Part shown: one piece after another, positions 39,094 to 64,000 of the stretch
How positions within the stretch are numbered: position 1 is the first letter of the stretch
Layout: every line of letters starts with the position of its first letter
Source: Tubulanus polymorphus
Taxonomy: Eukaryota; Animalia; Nemertea
Length of the DNA: 64,000 nucleotides
NCBI RefSeq assembly: GCF_964204645.1
Contig: NC_134036.1
Location: 10,581,859 to 10,645,858, forward strand
Direction of reading: 5' to 3'
Program-made: the position numbers and the translations under genes
The notes under the pieces: generated by a model
Databases searched by the model: none
Told to the model about the DNA's origin: nothing
The model's input: only the letters and a program-made list of their open reading frames with translations

Positions 39094-41949
39094 TGTCCTA
39101 TACCACTTAGGAATTAGATAATGACAGATAATGACTAGACCTGACCATCGATTCTATAGATATATCGTTAATTCCGTAAATTCCCCCGATTACATCAATA
39201 TATAACAATTTGCTAAATTCAAATTCGATACTTAGTCGACTTTTTTCGTTAGATACGGTTACAAAAAGCGAACGCGAACCACCCGCTGCGTCTGATTGAA
39301 ACTGCATCGCCATACAAGGATGACTGTGGCCCAGGCGCTGAATAAAAGATGCACACGGTGGTCCCGGGCTTGCGAACCCAGTAATGACCGATACTGATTC
39401 TGAGAGGTCCGGAATGTGGATTACCGGGTTTACATAGGATTTTATCCAGTTTCAAATCCAGAGTTTCCAGTTTCAATAATCGGTTTACTAAGTGAGCAAT
39501 TTATCATTATGTGTTAATGATAATTGCAGTGGTACATGTATATACACATATACGTTAGATTGAAAAAGTCAAACAACAAATATAAACCACTACAGCACCC
39601 GCATACATTAAAAAGGAATTCTGACAATTAACTTCTCATCTTTATTTATAAGTCGTATCACAACAACCATCTTCAACTGAGATGCATTCCCAAGTTCCAT
39701 TTGTCTTGTTGCACTAATTCTATCCTCCGAAAACACGCGTTCCTCAATCAAACACAGTGATTTTCTCGGAATTCGAACCGTCCGTGCACTGTTTAAAGGC
39801 GAATATATCCTCGATAATTATACACTGTCTTAAAACGTAACGAAACCTGTAGTCAGCAACTTGTCTGTGGTTTTGGTTTAGTCAATGAACTCGAGTTCTA
39901 TGGTTTAATTTTCACGATCAGATTCACCCAAGTCCATCCGATGAGAACAGCTTACCACCAACAGTGGAACCTCGTTACAGCAAAGTTTACTGAACCAGAA
40001 AATATGTTCGTTATATCCAGTATGCAATTAATCAAATTTTCTTACTTGGGTCGAAATTCTATATTTGTTAAAACTCTTCAGTTGGCGTCGCCACGCCTCA
40101 CGTGACAGCTTAAACAAAGAGACTAGGTCGTGGTCACGCCTCAAGTGACGGTTCCTATTACCCCCGATAGATGGCAAAGTAGTCAAGCCTGGCTGCTGAC
40201 ACTGAGTCAGTATGCTCTATAGAGAGCCAGTATGCTCTATAGAGAGCTCACAAGCGATTGTATATACTCTACACACACAGCCAGTATGTACTGGTTGTCG
40301 TCGGCAACCAGGAATGTGAGTGTTGTATCAGCGGTTTTGGACCATATTCCTTGTTTCGACATATACCATACCCAGCTCAATTATCGCTTAGAACATATCA
40401 ATCTTTGAACTAAACAAACTTGCAAAATGCAATCTTATCACTAAATAAACTCTCAAATTAATGCTTGAATAAATTTGAACGATTTCTTTGAATTTCATTT
40501 GAATAAGTTTCATTTTTAGGAGCCTAATTATCTGAAAACCCTGGGTCATCTGGGGGGGTCAAGATGACCCCCAGATGACTCCCTGACACGTTTTATATCA
40601 AGGAAATGAGATATCTAGAGGATTCAGAGGATCAACATTGAGGAAACCCAACGAAACCAAACAACTGAGAAGTGATTACGAAATCAGCGAAAATTGAGTG
40701 ATTTTCACTTTTTTGAGACCCTGAGGATTTTTTGAAATTTCTGAAATTTATGAAAGAAAATAGCTATTTACTATTTTATTTGTATAAGATTCTGGCTTCT
40801 AAAGTGCAATACAAAGACTTTTTTGGTTGCGTGACCTCAACTTGACCTCAGGTTTTGGGGGGTCCTACCTTGCACCCGTAGGTCCAAACTTTTTATAACT
40901 AACATTTTCTGGTAGAGATACCTATTAGCTTCATAACAGATATTGGTTTTAGGAGGGTCTCTACACTGGAAATGTATCTAACTTTACATAGAAATCATAA
41001 GACAATAAAGGCCAAAATGAATTCCCCACATTGAATGGATAATGAAGAAATATATCCCCAGCGGAAAAATCCGATGAATCGTTGTATCCGAGTATGTTTG
41101 TAATGAGGTTTCACTGGTAGTGGGGAAACCCGTATGCCAGACACATATCCACCATCAGTACGCTCGCTATATTTAATGTACGTACGAATAGAGGTGTAAT
41201 GTGGCGTGGTCAGTAACCCGGTCAATAGCTTATGCGGCTCTAAGTCAACGCTTCAATGAAATCAAAATCATTGAATATGGCCGCTGCGTAAATTATATGA
41301 CATCATCACCATAACGGTATCGAGAAGAGTGGTCGCCCTTTGAAGAAAATTTTAGAAGGTCTAGCGATATATGGCAACGGAAAGGAATTGCTGCATTGAT
41401 TCGCCCCATCCGGAAAATGCAATTGCCATAATGTGAATCCACCTATGACGTTATCAAACGTAGTTACACCAAAACCAAAGGAAATGACAATGACCAAATA
41501 TATATTTATATATAAAGATATTCTTTATTCTGAATTAGAATATGGATGAATTATTATCACAATCTGTCGCCTGGAAGGACATTCTAATAATACGTGAACT
41601 TCATCGTCCTGCTATTTGCGGTTTTGTGTTCGGTACTTTACCGGAGAAAAACTGATTGTCCACGTTCCATATGTATTCAGCGCTTTAGCTGAGACATCTG
41701 ACACCAGACATTGGACATTTTATCAGCACACTTTCAAAAATTGATCGTCCACACTTCAAACGTGTTCATTCTCCCCTTGAGACGTTCTTAATCGAAAACC
41801 AATTTCAAACACCAGGCATTAGATAGTCTATCAGCACACTTTCCAATACATCATTTCATACTGAATCGGTGAATGTCTTAAGGGATGGTTTTTAGGGCAG
41901 CAACGGAGTAGATTTGATTTTTAAAAAACACATATTGGCTTCAGATACG

Positions 41950-43330
41950 TAAAAGATCAGTAAGGTTTTTTTTCTTAGAAAATTTGTGAATCGATTTACC
42001 CACAAAACTCGTAAAAACGAATCCCAAATATATTAATGATTAACCCAAAAAATCGTAATGAGTGTCCGCAAAAAATTATTTATGATTATGATTAAAATTA
42101 TGCGAAAAACTATATCACCTTGAAATGTAGAAGGTATGATAGATAATCTTTCTACATTTACTCAATTCTCGATTATCAAAATGAATGAATCAGTCACTTT
42201 TATAAAAAAAACCTCATGATCTAATCCAAAAAATTGCGATGGTTAAGACAAAAGTTTAGATTAACTCGAAAAATTCGGGATCATTAACGCCAAATAATCA
42301 CAAATCATTAACACCAAAAATAGTAAAGAGTAATTGCTAAAATCATGCTGATTCACAAACAATCTGTTACAATTAACAAAAATATGCAAAGAATAATTAT
42401 CTTTGGAATGTAAACGTCATGATAGGAAATTTCTCTACATTCACTAAATTCTCGATTATTCAAATGAATAAATCAGTCACTTTTACAACAAGATCGTCAT
42501 GATTCTTATTACCGAAAAAATTGAGACGATTGAGACAAAAAAGCCGTTAGTTAAACACCAAAAAATCGTTATGATCAACACCAAAATTCGTAAAGAGTAA
42601 ATGCAAAAATCGTTTTGATTTAGTAACAAACAATATGTTTCAATTAACAAAAATTATGCATAGAACAGTCATCTTGAATAATCTCTCGACATTCGTTTAG
42701 TTCTCGGTTACCTTATTACCCAACTGAATAATCTCTCGACATTCGTTTAGTTCTCGGTTACCTTATTACCCAACTAATTAACATGACTTTAATCAGTCGA
42801 TTTTTATACAAAATTGTTAAGATTTCCACCAAATAACCGTAATGATCGACCTAAACAATGTTATGATTAGACTTCAAATAATTGCGATGAGTATCCACAA
42901 AAAATCGCTACGATTTACAAAACATGTTTCAATTAACAAAATTATGCGAAGAACAATTATCTTGAAATGTAGACGGTATAATAGATAATCTGTTTACATT
43001 TACTAAATTCTCGATTATCTGATATTGCACAATTGATTAACACGATTGAATAAGTCGATATCATTACAAAATCGCTCTGTGATTCCGATTCAGTCACAAA
43101 AAATCGTAATGATTAACCCCCGAAACATTGTCATGGATGAATGACAAATCGTACAAAAATGTTTCAACGATTAAAGCCAGAAAATCGTCAACATTAACAA
43201 AATACGTTTTTAACAAAAGATCACCAAAATACCTTCAATCATTTCAATCGATACAAGACAAACCGTTTCAGTTAACAGAAAAAAAGGAATCGAAAATGCT
43301 TTATCGTGATTTTCGATTCGAAATCTGGAT
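41950..43330. repeat. degenerate AT-rich tandem repeat region, including an exact 50-bp duplication at ~42676-42775
   Basis: Recurrent 'aaaaaatcgtaatgattaac' and 'ctacatttactaaattctcgattat' units. Confidence 0.6.
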
Positions 43331-43463
43331 TTATATGTAACCTATAATAAACCATTCCTTTATAAGTACGTCGCCGCCTGCTGCATACGCTTCGTTTTCG
43401 TGCGCAAAAAACACGTAGTCGAGTCAACGTGGAAGAAGCGTTATACATTTCAAAACCGAGCCT

Positions 43464-63217
<19,754 letters not shown>

Positions 63218-64000
63218 CTATAACGCGAAATTCAAATTTAACATACGCACATCTCGAATCATCATCAATCCGCTTCGGAAATAGATATTGCAGGAATGAG
63301 GATAGGATGAACAAGCTTATCAACAAAAATATGAACCCCACAATCACGATATCGAAACTGTCAAAATTATTAAAAACGCGAATATTCGGTTTTACACTAA
63401 AAACCAATTTCAAGGGGAATGAAACCGAAAGAGTGTAAAACCAAAAATTCGGGTTCATAATAAATTTTAACAGTAGTTTCGATATTTTAAAAACCTTTTC
63501 GATCTCGTGATTGTGGGATTTATATCTTACTCGTCTCTCGCGATTCAGTGCGTACATTTACGGCGTTGGGCTTATCAACAAGACAACGACTCGAAATCTA
63601 TCCGTGAATTATCGAATTGAAATAGTCGTCAACTCCATAACAGACGATATCTGAATGAAGACTAACCGTCTGATACCCAATTCGACGAATATCGAAGGCC
63701 CAGTCGAACGAGCTTATCGAATAGCAAATTTTGCTCATTTAACTTCGCGCCATCTTGATGATACAGCGGCGATATTTTTCAGGGCACTTTTTCCACCGGC
63801 AACTAATAAGACAGCAGTCCGCGGCGCAAGATTTAGCTTAAATTCTCGTTATTGTCCCTCGAGTTTCTAGAAATTGTATGTATGAAAATCAAGCGCGTTG
63901 GAAGCTTCTTTGTTGCCGCCCGGCCAATTGCCCATTTTGACACGCCTAATTTACCTCAATTTCGTCAAAAACATGGTATCATAAAAAACGTCATTTACTA

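Overview
Eukaryotic, AT-rich invertebrate-type genomic DNA with spliceosomal introns; it is not prokaryotic. The right third holds the 3' part of a multi-exon receptor-type protein tyrosine phosphatase gene on the minus strand (43464-63217, continuing off the right edge). Its architecture is FN3 repeats, a membrane-proximal domain with RKKR furin site, TM, and tandem PTP D1/D2. Two oddities in it: D1 has the invariant P-loop Arg replaced by Trp (HCSSGCGW), and the two-exon wedge+KNRY cassette is triplicated in frame. The left two thirds are nested mobile DNA. An AT-rich Polinton/Maverick-like (integrase-carrying) virus segment (1-865 and 12721-~16430) is split by an ~11.85 kb EnSpm/CACTA element with a TAT target duplication. 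There are also Kolobok-, L2-, CR1-, Gypsy-, tyrosine-recombinase- and SINE-derived remnants, many MITEs/foldbacks and an 18S rRNA fragment. A second AT-rich virus-like segment (~58745-62106) lies inside a Gypsy remnant within a PTP intron. Most novel-looking signals: (i) TAAATG (poxvirus late-type initiator) at 5 of 7 virus-like ORF starts, (ii) a 43-bp palindromic block translated in frame in two unrelated viral genes, (iii) a 4x LC8-type IQCD motif array in a viral ORF, (iv) the predicted pseudophosphatase receptor with a triplicated wedge/KNRY cassette. All family assignments come from motif recognition by eye; no searches were run.
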